From the human T2T-CHM13v2.0 reference genome, Homo sapiens, in the NCBI RefSeq assembly GCF_009914755.1, contig NC_060931.1: DNA of 64,000 nt. One strand, given 5' to 3'. Position numbers and translations under genes: made by a program. The notes under the pieces were generated by a model. It saw nothing but the letters and a program-made list of their open reading frames with translations. It did not search any database and was not told the origin of the DNA. This document shows positions 1 to 13,130 of this stretch, piece by piece (the stretch's first letter is position 1; each line of letters opens with the position of its first letter).

Positions 1-3000
1 GTGGAGCTCAGAAGACGATGAGGGTGGAATTCTGTCTGCCTCAGGTGCTGGTTGAAGGTGGGGAGGAGGCAGTGGTAGGAGAGGAAAAGAGGAGGGCCTC
101 AGGGAATGCCTGTGCTAAAGGGGTCAGTGCCATGGGAATGAGGAATGGAGAGGATCCCAGGAAGCACAGGAGGCAACACAAGTCAATGCCTCAGAGCCAG
201 GGAACAGGATGAACAAGAACAATCAGAAGATGACCTTGAGCTAAATGAAGCAATTGCAGCAGGTGGGTGTGGGTGAACATCAGACCACGTCGAGGTGAGG
301 AGGTGGGAAAGTGGAGATGTCATTCTCTCCCGGAAAATTTGGCAGTGCAGAGACGGACAGAGATTGGATAAGAACTTGAAAGAGGAACAGGGTTGGAAAA
401 TATTGTTTAAGGAAAGGAATGATTTTGGTATATTTTTAGGCTGAAGAGAAGAGATGGGGGTGGGGGAGGATGCGAATAGCATGAAGGTGTAAGGGATAAA
501 AGATGTATTTTTATAAATTTTTTGATGTCTCTCTTCTTCATCAGAGCAGGGATTCAGAACAATGTGACTTCTTTCCAGTCTTAAATTTAGAACAACTCAA
601 CGACTCCTCTCAATTCCCACTTGCCTCTTAGAAATCATGTCTTTTGTGGCTACAGAGGTTTTCAAGTATTCAAAATATATATTAATGCACTTTGGAGTCG
701 TATTTCTTCTCTTGAGCTCAGTTATATTTTTAGTTATCCTTTAATTTTTTTTCTAAAAATGTTGCTAGTAACTGGAACAATAATAGTTATTTTATTTCTT
801 CCACGTATATTCAATGTGCCATTTGTACATATATCTTAGGTGCATTGTATACATATATAAATATATATATGTCTGTATCTATATCTGTATATCTATATCT
901 ATCTTGCATGTATGTTCATTTCCAAAGTCACAGTAAAAAAAATTTTTAAGGAGAGAGTGGTTCACAGGGTCAAGGGCTACAAAGGTGGCAAACAAGATTG
1001 AGATTTAAAACTGTCCACCGGAGGCCATTCTTTGTCAAAATCAGTGACTTTTGTGGCTAAAGAGGTTTTCAAGGACTGACACTATATTTTAGTGCTTTTT
1101 AGAGTCCTATTTCTCTTCTTTTGCTCAGTTATATTCTCGGTGTGGGCAGAAGGCAGGCTGCAGTGGATTAATACATGAAAAGGCGAGCTGGGAAACTGAG
1201 GCAATGACTTCAGAAACCGAGCTGCAGGGGCACAGGTGAATAGGGGGTTGAGAAAATCATTTATTTATTATTAAGAATGTGGGAGATTTGTGTGTGTTTA
1301 TATTCTGGTGAGAAGACAGCATGTGAGAGGAAGAGACTAATGATGCAAAGATTAGAAATGATAACGGACAGAGCCCCAGAGCAGGTGAGAGGGGATGAAA
1401 TTCAAAGCACAGAAGGAGGCCATCCCCGGGGCCACAGCATTGTCTAGGAGGGAGGGTGGTGAGTGCAGGATAGGAGAAAAGCCCCGGGTCACGCAGGAGG
1501 TCACAGGCAGAGCTGGACTAGAATCCATGCCTCTCCATGCCTCATCTGGAGCGCCATGTGTGCTGTGTGATCTTCGTGTCATTTCCCTCATGGGAATGGC
1601 CCCAAATGCTTTTCATTGATTAAGATGAGCAGAACAGAACTACAAATTTTGCCATTCAGACGTGGTCCAATATTGGCCATTTCATGTGGTTCCACCTAAT
1701 CTTGGTTCATTTCATCCTCAAAACAACTCCATGACGATCAGTCTCTAGACGAAGAGACCGGGATACAGGGCAGGGCAATTAACCTGCTCAAGCTCACCCA
1801 GCAAGGAAACGAAGGAGCTAGGGTGTGAATCCCACTCCTTGGGTCCAGGGCCAATGCTCCTGACTTAGACTTTACTACAACTTATTATGGTGAGTTAAAT
1901 GATCACAGAATAAAGAAAGAGAAATAGGTACTGTGAATAATAGAAGAAGACTGTGTCAGAAACCAACAGTAAATGCTTATGGGTAAATACAACTGATTCC
2001 ACGAATGTACAATAATTTTTGGTTGAGCCATTTGAAATTGCTGTATTTGTCAGACAAAAACAGTCCAATACTGGCAGTTGCATATGGCTCCATGTCATCT
2101 TTGTGTGTGTGTGTGTGTTTGAATCTGCAAATCTCTCTCTTGATTTCTCAGCCATGCAGGGGAGCAAAGGCTGAGGCTGCATCTGTGGCAGCTTCAGGTC
2201 TCCATTATCAGCCTAAAAGCTTTTATAACTTGAAAATTTAATGAATAAAAAATTCTGGTAAACTGCATCCAAAAAACATTGATTATCTTTTACTCACAGC
2301 CTTTTTTTTCTGGTACATGCACAAGCAAATTTTTATTCATCTGATTCCCTGACCGACCAGCATCTGCTCAGCTGAGGCTTGGAAGCAAATGTCCAGGCTT
2401 GCCCAGTGCCAAAACCACAATAAAACAAGCCAAGAACCTTTTTCAAACACACGTTGGGGCAAAAGTATGTCCATTTTATATATACTTGTTGTGGCAATAA
2501 ATACATTTTAATAGGAAAAGCATCTCTGTGTGATGCGTGGGTCTTTTCCTTTTCTACTTCTGCTTTAAGAACACATAGTGGCCAGGGAGCTTTCGGACAG
2601 AATCCCGTGCTCTGTGATTCACAAAATGGAAATCTGGCATTATATGCCAATGACATTTACTTCTGTGGCAGCTCAAGCGGCAAAAAGCCATATGCCATAC
2701 ACCTCGGATCCAGCCAAGCCACGCAAACAAATATGTGAAAGAGAAAGAAGGAAAATAGGACCAGAAGAGTTCTGGGGAGCTGATTGCCTCCAGCACTTAA
2801 AACTCTCACTGTGGCAAGAACTGGGTCTTCCCACTCTTATGACATTCTAAGGGGGATGCATTTTTTCCCCCCAATTTAAGATAACTTCGGGAGGTAAAGG
2901 TAAAATACAAAAGATAATTTTTGTGAACGGCATGATGTGTTCACACATGTGATTCAACATTCCTGCTGCACAAGCACGTATTTCCTAGGCATGCTTGGCT

Positions 3001-3238
3001 AAGTACCAGTCCCCTACATGGGATGGAAGGTTGACAGTCACATTTGTCCTTTGCACTGGAAGGTCTCTCGGCAGCCATCCTGGGAAAGAACAAGCGCCAT
3101 TACTGATGTTATTTTTCCCACTGGCCTGGAAACAAGGCTAGTGGGAAAAACAGTGCTCCTGGAATGGCCAGGGTATGTGGGTTAAGCAGGCTTAAGGGCA
3201 ATATAATAAATGAGTGAAGGTGAAAATGAAACAGAGGG

Positions 3239-3294
3239 ATATATACATATATATATGTATATGTGTATACACACACACACACACACACACACAC
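3239..3294. repeat. Compound (AT)n/(AC)13 microsatellite
   Basis: atatatacatatatatatgtatatgtgtat followed by (ac)13. Confidence 0.9.
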
Positions 3295-3704
3295 GTTTTT
3301 TAACAAGGAGTTCCAACCAATCTTCTTGGAAAAAGAACAATTCAGTTTCTTTTGCAAAAGTTCAATGTCTTTGAAGCTTTCTATTCACCTTATATAAAGC
3401 TACATAGGCAGAAAAATAATGACAACTGCCATTTTTATTAAGAAACAGATGGCAAAATCATTTCATAACTTCCTCAGAGTATTAGCATCTGAAGAGATTC
3501 TGATGGAGGGGTCTAGAAGTGTTTCTCAATAAGGCCTGTTGGCATTTGGGGCAAGAAAATTCTTTATTGTGTGGAATTTCAAAATACCCATGGCCTTCAG
3601 GAATTGAACAACGGTGGCCACCCCATATTAAGACGGTGTATATGAATTCAGCTTACTGGTCAGGTGGACCATTTTTAATGATCATTGAATTAAACATTTC
3701 TGGC

Positions 3705-4320
3705 CATTAATTAATTCAACACTCAACACAAAGTATTTGAGCAGATACTACTTAAAAGCACCTGGAGGATATTAAGACATAAAATCTAGCTCTTGCTTCC
3801 AATGATATATTGAAATATATGATTTATTTGGGAAGACAGACTTAAAAATAAACAACTGCTATAGAACTAGAAGATATTTTCCAAAAAATTTTGAATTCCA
3901 TGCTGTGGGAGTAGACATACAAAATTTCATTCTGAATAAATAAAAGGGAGATGGTAACTATCTTGCTAAGGTGGCACTTGTGCAAAATCCTAAAGGATAA
4001 GTGAAATTTCAACAGGTAAATGGGGGAAGACGTTTCTGGTAGAGGGAATGAGACATGAAAATGCAATTGCACGTACAAGAGCAGTTCAGGTAGAGCCTAG
4101 GGTAGGTGCAGGGTGAAGATATGGAGATAAAGCAGAAAAATTACTTTAGGTGAATTAAAGATAAATCTGAACATCTTGCTGAGGCCACAAAATTTAATGA
4201 GTCAGGCAATGAACAGCCACAGAAGTTTTAAAAGCAAGAATGATATGGTCAGATCTGTGTTGGAGGAGATTCGGAAAATGGAAAGGTTTCCAAGCTGGGA
4301 GATAAGTTGGTGTAACAGTT
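3705..4320 (-). mobile_element. Degraded L2 fragment
   Basis: attcaacactcaacacaaagtatttgagcagatactac...ggcaatgaacagccacagaagttttaaaagcaagaatgatatggtcagat. Confidence 0.55.
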
Positions 4321-4322
4321 GC

Positions 4323-4760
4323 TGTCTTAGTCAGCTATTGTCATGTTAATGCTGTGTAACAAACAACTCCAACAGGTAAGAAGTTATTCTCACATTCACA
4401 GATCTACAGGTCAGCTGAGGTGGCTCTTTCAAGCTCTGTGGGCTGACTGGAAAAACTGCGCTCCATATATCTCATTTTGGGACCTACACTGAAGGAGCAG
4501 TGGCTACCAAGGTATGTAGTTCTCATGATGATGGTAAAAGTGCAAAAGCCCAGCTCAATCACTTGAGCAACAGTCAAGCTTCTGCTCGTTTCACATCCAT
4601 GCACATCTCAACTGGCCCAAGCAAGTTCACTTGGCCAAGACAAAAGTCAAAGGGTGAAGGAAATTCACTTCACCCATCATGAGGTCATGGCAAGGATTTG
4701 GAAGTATGCTACTACCACGAAGCAGTGCAGAACTGTGACCAGCCATTCAATCTATCACAT
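4323..4760 (-). mobile_element. Old MLT1 (J/K-like) LTR
   Basis: tgtcttagtcagctattg...gctgtgtaacaaacaactcc...ggcccaagcaagttcacttggcc. Confidence 0.6.
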
Positions 4761-4899
4761 TGGGGTGAGAGAAGAGGAAGACAGAAACTGAGGCAATGAT
4801 GAAAAGGTAAAGGACCATGTGGTGATTGTACCGACTTTGGCCACTAATCAGTTTCACAAAGAGGGACTAGCCCATAAATTTCTAAGTAGAAACTTACTA

Positions 4900-5020
4900 G
4901 ACTGCCAGCTCTATGACAGCAGGAACCATCCTGTCTTGCTCACCTCTGTACTCCCAGTGTCTACCACAAGCACTGTGTTGTAGACACAAATAAATATCTG
5001 TTGAAAGAATGAATAGCATT
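4900..5020 (+). mobile_element. L2 3' end
   Basis: tgtcttgctcacctctgtactcccagtgtcta...aaataaatatctgttgaaagaatgaat. Confidence 0.7.
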
Positions 5021-5571
5021 TGAAGAGTAAGTTGGATATTGACCCTATTAACCAAGATGTGGAATGCTGATGTGGCTGTGCTGTATGTATGATGGTGGTG
5101 AGATAGTAACTTTGAGTACCTTCTAGATCCTAGGCATGGTGCTAGATACTTAGAATACAGAAAGAGCAAGGCTCTGCTCTTAGGAAGCCAGATAGGCAAT
5201 TGCAGTTCACTGACATAAGTTCTAGGGTATAGGTATTCCTAGGGACAAAGCAAGAGGGACAACTCAGGGGCATCTGAGTGAGTTGTTGCCAAAAGTGATA
5301 GCTGCAGGCTTGAGCACTTTCCTGAGGAAGGTGGTGGTCCGATTGATATCTGAGCTGATTACCTGCCTAAATGACTTCCTCCTACACAGTTGGCCTGATC
5401 ATCTATTATTTTAACTTTACTAGAATAGGAAGAAAACACATAGAAACCAGAAAATAAAGGGAAGAAGGAGGCGGGCAGAAGAAGAAATTCGGTTTGGAAT
5501 TATCATCTCTCAAATTCAAGTTCTAATGTTCATTTTTCTCCCTGTAATAATTGCCAAAAAGGGGCTGGAAT

Positions 5572-5722
5572 GCTGGGAGTGGTAGCTCACACCTTTAATC
5601 CCGGGTACTCGGGAGGCTGGGGTGGGAGGATTGTGTGAGGCCAGGAGTTTGAGATGAGCATGGGCAACATAATGAGACAACGTCTCAAATACAAGAAAGA
5701 AAAGAAAAGAAAAGAGAAAAGA
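5572..5722 (+). mobile_element. FLAM/AluJ left monomer
   Basis: gtggtagctcacacctttaatccc...gaggccaggagtttgag...gtctcaaa then A-rich (aaaag)n tail. Confidence 0.8.
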
Positions 5723-7158
5723 AGGAGGGAACCACTGCCAAATGTAGCCTTACTTTGATATCTTCTTCTGGCCTCTCAACCTCTGTCCTTGCTTCGGACC
5801 TGTCTGACTTAATGACTTGGCTCTATGCTGGTGACAGAGCAGGAGGGTCAGTGTGTGGGTTGAACAAGGAAGATCAGTGTTCAGCTCCTACTTGGAAAAA
5901 TGAAGGCAGATAATCTTGACCCATAAGTCACTGTTGCTCAGATAAAAGAGCACAGTTCTGAAAAATTTGCAGACATACAACCAATGTAAATTAGAGGTTG
6001 AATATGCATATGAAGTTGAATATGCATGTTTTATGATTTAGTCATTAAATATATATTTTAACTACCAAGCACCTGGATCTGGTATTCCGCAGAAAACATT
6101 TGGAAATCTCACTTAGGATCTCCTAACTTCTTCTAGCTCTTGTTTTGGCGTCTTTGCAAATAGCTTCTGATCCCACTCTCTCACTCTGACTGCTTGGTTT
6201 ATCTTGTCTAGGGCCCCTTGTTGCCCTCAACCCTCCATTCATCACAACATCTGGTACCCTCAGTTGGCAATAGGGGGCACCTATATGACAGCACCTATGT
6301 GCTCTTCTGTTCTGCCTTAGGAGACTCATCTCTTTTTGGAAATGTGTTCTTAACCTCCCATGTAACATCATTTACTTTGCAATTACAAGATAAATATTTT
6401 TTTTAAATCAATGAGGCCTTGTATTTCATGAGAGATTCCCACCTAATGGTACCCTTCTTAGCTATCCAACTCTGGTTCCTATCTGCCCTTTAATTTAAAA
6501 TGCCTAAATCTCATCATGCCTTACTTAAAATGTAGGTAATTTCCTTTTAATGGGACATATACTAATAAAATGGTTTCTGTGACATTATCAAACCTTTCAT
6601 ATAATCCACAACGGAATCTGGAATTCAGGTCATAGAAACCAGTTAACAACTGGTTTCTACACAGCCCCAATGTATAGTTAATAAAATGAAAGAAGTTTCA
6701 GAAGTTACTGAACAGAGTTATGGAAAGCAGTTAACCTAAAGTCATCATTATTCTCATGCTCAGGGATGGTCAGAAATTGAACCAAGGGACTGATATATCT
6801 CACTGCTGTCCAGCAGAAGAACAAATCAATTATTTTCTCCTCCTAATTGGCAAATCTCAAGTTAGCACGTGCTACACATGCAAAGAAACATAGACACTGG
6901 CTCTAGAAAGACTTCAGAAATGAGAAGCACCTCATGCAAAATCTTGAACACAAAGGAATACCCAAGAAGTATATTTACTACTGTCAGGCTTATTCAAAAT
7001 GGTAAGATTCACTCTTGGTCAAGACCATTTTTATAAATGCTCCTGTTATAGAAAATGTCCAGAAAGCAAAACATATTAAAAATGCCTTCAGCTAAAGATA
7101 GCAGTCAACCTTTAAACAGGTTTTTAAATAGTTTAACCATTTTTATGAAAATTACATG

Positions 7159-7518
<360 letters not shown>

Positions 7519-7729
7519 TCAGATTCCTCGCATGCTCCTTCCTTATAAAGAGATGCTGCCAGGGCTGTAAATTCAGCGGGTAGAGGGTTGGGAGATGCAG
7601 GGTACAGTGCACAACCCCAGGACAGTCCCTGAAAATTGGTCACCCTCTAAGGTCTTCTCTATGTTCTTCATAAAAGCTGCCATGGACCCCATGCAGCTGA
7701 GACCACCACGGCAGCACACTTAGAAGTTA

Positions 7730-8048
<319 letters not shown>

Positions 8049-11000
8049 GAGTCACTACTAAGTTAATCACTAAACTTGAGGGAGCAGCTTGTCCACCTTT
8101 CCTGAAGATGTTTGCTCTCAGTGTTGCCATGAGCATCCTTTTCCTTTTCAGAGGCATTTGGAATCCCGTGTCACCTGGTCTTCTCCCTGCTCTCCATTAC
8201 TGTGGACTGGTGTTGGCTCCAGGCCAGTGCTGAGCCTGCCAGTTTATCTGCCTGATGTCATCAGGGCGCACAGCCATCCTAGCTGTGGGTAATTACCTAT
8301 TCCCATCTCACAGATGAGGAATCTGAAGCCAGCAGAACCAAGTCCCTTGCACAAGGTTACCCAGCTGGAAGGGAGGCCCTTGGCATTTTTATGTACTGTC
8401 CCCAGCCCCCTGCCTCACCTGCAGTACATCTGTTTGTGGGTGGGCTGGGGAGGAGTGACCACAGTGGTCAAAATCCCCTCTGTGGCCAAACTAAAGTTCA
8501 ACGCACCCCCATACAGAGGTATAAAACAATCTGTATTTATGGATATTTGAACAAACTATCTGGGGAAATCAAGGCAGCTCAATTACACTGCATGATAAAG
8601 TGCAAATTACTGACACTTTAGGTTTTGCCTGTTGAGATTAGGACCTCCTATTTGTATAGGACAATTTGCAAAGCAAACCTAATGAGAGCTTAATCCCCAC
8701 AGTGACTCTGGGAAGTATTATTTATTACTATTGCCACTACCGGTTTACAGGTGAGAAAGGACTTGGTGGTTAAAGAACAAGCTCAAGGTCACACTGCTGT
8801 GAGGGGCCAACTGGGACTGCCACCAGATCCTCCTGCTAATTCAGCCTTGGTTCTTGCCTTTGCACCATGCATTCTTGATGAGGGAGTGGGGACATCATCC
8901 TTAGGGAGGGCACAAAAATGGTTCTTGGAGGAGTAAATATTACTCTTTTTACACAGCAGGCACAGGTATACATACACAAAGACATATACAATATATCTGT
9001 AATTACAATTTCAGGGGGAGGGTGATTGGGGAAAAATACCTATAAAACTCTCTAGCGGGGTGATAATGCAAAAGAGAAGGAGAAATATTGCTCTGTACCA
9101 CAGTGCTTCCCTGACTTGGCCAGGGTTATGTTACCTGTTATTAACACATATCTGTTTATGTATGACATTGGGGTCTATTTGAACATACACTTATTGAAAA
9201 AGATAAGTTACCAAAGTCACTTTCCCGGTCTTTCTGCTGTCTCTGGATAGTATAATTGACACTGGTAAGGATTGGAGAGGACATATCTTGATTGCTGTCC
9301 AACAGAAAGCGGCAAACTCCATGGAAATAGGTAACACTATCTTACATGAACAGCTTAAACACAGACACACATATATGAAACTCTTTGCTACCTATTCAAC
9401 AGGGAATATCAAAGAAATAATAATTAAATCTATTCATATAATGCATTTGCTTCTAGAGGAGGTTCCACTGCCTGTGTGGCAAACCTAAGACCTTTGTGAA
9501 ACATCAGAAGCCTTTTGAAAAAAAATGCTTGTTAATCGCCTAGACAGTTGAAAAATGGAAAAGCTCAGTGTAGGACATTAGGGCTCTTTAAAAGACTTCT
9601 CCTCTACTCAAATATTCATGTTTCAATTAAAACATACACCTACTTTATTAGCCACACCAGGCCCAGTTCAGATCAATAACAGCAGCACTAGATGGAATTC
9701 TAATGAAGATAAACAACGCTGAGTCCTCCCAGCTTCCCCTGGGCATGGATGCACAAAGCTTCCTTTCACAGCTTGCTCCAAGATATTTTACAGTCACCTG
9801 CCTCACGCAAATGAGGAGACTCATGTTTATTCATGATGAGACTTACAGACCACCTTTCATTCCCTAGGCCAGCTCAGCTAACCAACAGAGCGCCGTCTGC
9901 ACCACTATGAAGTTGAACTGCCCTAGTAAGGAGACTCCTGAATATATAATTGTCCCCTGAAAAGCATGCACAGAAAGTCAGTAAGCTGCAAACAGTTTGA
10001 GAAGCAAACACATTTCCCTTTTTTATTCATGTGTTAGCTGCCTTTAAGGTTTTAAACACAATCCCTTTTCTATCCCACACTATAATCCACTAGATGTGAC
10101 TAGCTGGTGGTTATTTCCTATGAATAATCTTCATAGGAGATTTCTCAGGATGTTTCCTTCTGTCCTGCTCTCCCGTTCTTCCTAATTGAGATTTTCTCCC
10201 ATTGACTCGGTTGAAGCTCACAGCCTGGCCAGGGGCAGCTGCAGCTTTGTTTAATGGGCCTGGGTTCTCCCTGTGCACAGTCTCTGCTATTTTAAGGGAT
10301 GGTTTTTCATTTGCAAGCCTGAGATTCTAAGCTCTATTGTGTGCGCTTAGTTTATTATGCTGCTAGATAAAGTTTCAAGATAGTGCTTTTACTCTAGAGT
10401 GACTTCATTTTTCAAATTAGTTTCTTCCATTTTGGTAATCTGAAAGTATGGCACAATCATCTGATCTTGGCTTATAATGTCAATTTTGATAGCGTCTAAA
10501 GTAACGCCAATGCTAGGAACAAATATTTTGATGGTTTATAAAAGCGTCAATCATCAGCGAAGAGATCTGGGCAACTAGTAATTGTTGGGGAGGACTTAAT
10601 TCTCACCAGCCATTAAATATGTGAAAATCATGGGACCTGCTGTTTTTTAGGTTGCTACCGTGTGTTTCACACGGGAAACTAAGGTACCTAATAAAGTTGT
10701 TTGGAGGAAGACACTTCCAAAATCCATGAAAATTTCAGCTTAAAGCCTATTTTTGTCAAAGTTACATGGGTTACTAATTCAGTTCAGAATTTACTGTGAA
10801 ATTCATAGCTTCACTTTTTTTTTTTAACATAGCCAAAAAATGTCTGTTTGTGAAAAGGGCAATTTACTCATTTTTCATAGACAGGCTTTATCTTATTCAG
10901 TACAAAAGAACACTCCACAACTACATATACCATTTTTACTTCCTCAGAGCATTTTTACAGTAATTACTTCAATTTATTATCACCCCACCAAAAGACAGGG

Positions 11001-11294
11001 TGATGTATCCTTTTAAAAACTATTATTATTTTTAGATTCTCAGACATAGAGCTCTGGAATAGCAGATCCAGGATGAAAACCTGGGTCACACAGGTCAACA
11101 AGCATCCTACTCCATCAATGCACGAAATTTACAGTAGCTTGTGATAAGTATCACATGTGTTAATGATGGCGATTCTATTAACATAAATCACCTTTAATGA
11201 TCAAATCTACCTTAATGAAAATACTCATTCATAGCTTCCCCCGCCACCCCCGATGATTTAATTAATCTGTGGTGCGGTTGGCCGGTGGGATAAC

Positions 11295-11353
11295 AGGGTT
11301 TTCAAAAGCCCCCAGGTGATTCTGACGTACAGCTAAAGCTGAGAAACACTGCT
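11295..11353. mobile_element. MER5-like MITE end
   Basis: aaaagcccccaggtgattctgacgtacagctaaagctgagaaacactgct. Confidence 0.6.
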
Positions 11354-12618
11354 ACACACAGACATATACTCTAAAGTGTATACTCTCATTACATTTTTTT
11401 TTTACAGTGGAGTAGTTAGCCACACATGCTTTAAATGAGATTCCCATACCTAAAATATCCAAGTTACTTGTGTCCCCTTTCTTATCCCGCTCAAAAATGA
11501 GGATTTCAATGAAATGATTATGGGGCTACTTGTGTGCTGAGGTATCCAGCTGCAGTTTAGCTCTTCTCTAATGCCCATAAAAATGAATAATGCATGCTCT
11601 AAAATATTGGTAATGATAGAACACACACTCAATGGCCTGAATCAATGGATTATTCTGCAGAGTGCTATATTGAGAAACTGAAAGAAAGTACTTTTCAAAG
11701 CATAAATATTTTAATCACTCTTCAATTCTACTTCTCTTATATAAATAAAAAACATTCCATCTGCTGCTTCCCAAGCCCGGAAGAGCAGACGACAGCTGCT
11801 TTTCCAAACACCCTCTTCCAGCAGTGGCATTAACTACCAAGCACTAGATATCTATAAACTGGTGTCCCAAGGAAGGCGGGCTGCAGAAGCTATTCCTGCC
11901 TCTGATAGAATCCAGCATAGTTTGTTGGGCAAATCAAAATTTTAAATTGAGGGGCACTCCTTCTCCAGTGAGGAGCTAAAGAAGACAGATAGCTAAGCCC
12001 TGCTCACAGAGCCCTGGGTCTCAGGGTTGACAAATAAACCCACCTTCCATGCTCTGTTTACAGTGGCAAGAACCTGAGATAGTGTCCAAGAAAGTTGAAA
12101 AGAAATTATGTTTCATGTTGGGCTTTTTTAAAGACATTTCTGAATTTGAATTTGGACAGTCAGAGAATAAGAAAAAAACATTAAATCTATCAGTAACTCA
12201 CAACTCACATTTGTTCCTAAATTCAATCTCCTCTGCTACCAAGTTAATAACAAGAAGAAAAGTGAACTGATTTAACTTTCAGCTCTTCTCTCTTCTCCAA
12301 CTTATTATCAAGTAAAGCAGAACAGTGGCTGATAGATGGGCAGCAGAAAAAAATCAGAAAGGCAGTCTTCAAAATGAACCAGAAGCTGTCACAAAGAGGC
12401 TTCCTTTTTAAAAAGGCTAGTGGAGGCGGAACAGGGCCATAAAAGAAAAGGGACATAATTATATCTGCATCTGAGCTGTCACTAGCAGAACTCTGTGACA
12501 GGTATCATGTCTACCAGCAAAAAGAAAAGCAAACAAAAGGCTCCTCTGTCCGTGTTTCATTAATTTAAACTGATCTACACATCTAAAAACCTAATATAGC
12601 TGCAAATCAAATACACAC

Positions 12619-13130
12619 TGGAAATAGGCAGAATAACAGCTTCCCATTGGTGCCTGCATTCCAATCCTCAGAACCTGAGAATACGTTACCTTCTGCAGCA
12701 CAGGGGAATTGGGGTTGCAGACAGAATTAAGGTTATTATCAGCCAACTTTAAGATGGGAAGATGATGCTGGATTATCCAGGTCACCCAATGTAATCACAA
12801 GGTCCTTAAAGGTGGAAGACCAAGGCAGAAGAGGGATCAGGGTGATGGGATGGCATCTGAGAAGGACTCAAGCTGTCTTTGCTGGCTTTGAAGATGGACA
12901 AGAAGGACATAAGCCAAGGAATGCAGGTGACCACCAGAAAGTGAAAAAGGCAAGGAAACAAATTCTCTCCTAGAGCCTCTGGAAAGAAACACAGCTCTGC
13001 TGCCGCCTTGATTTTGTCCTAGTGAAATCCATTGCTGGCTTCTGAACTATGAACTGTAAGATAAATTTGCATTGTCTAAGCTACTAAATTTGTGGTAATT
13101 TGTTGTATCAGCAACAGAAAAGTTATATAC
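12619..13130 (+). mobile_element. MLT1 (D/E-like) MaLR solo LTR
   Basis: ggcagaataa...ggattatccaggtcacccaatgtaatcacaagg...ggctttgaagatgg...gccaaggaatgcagg...ttctctcctagagcctctgg...tttgtggtaatttgtt. Confidence 0.85.
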
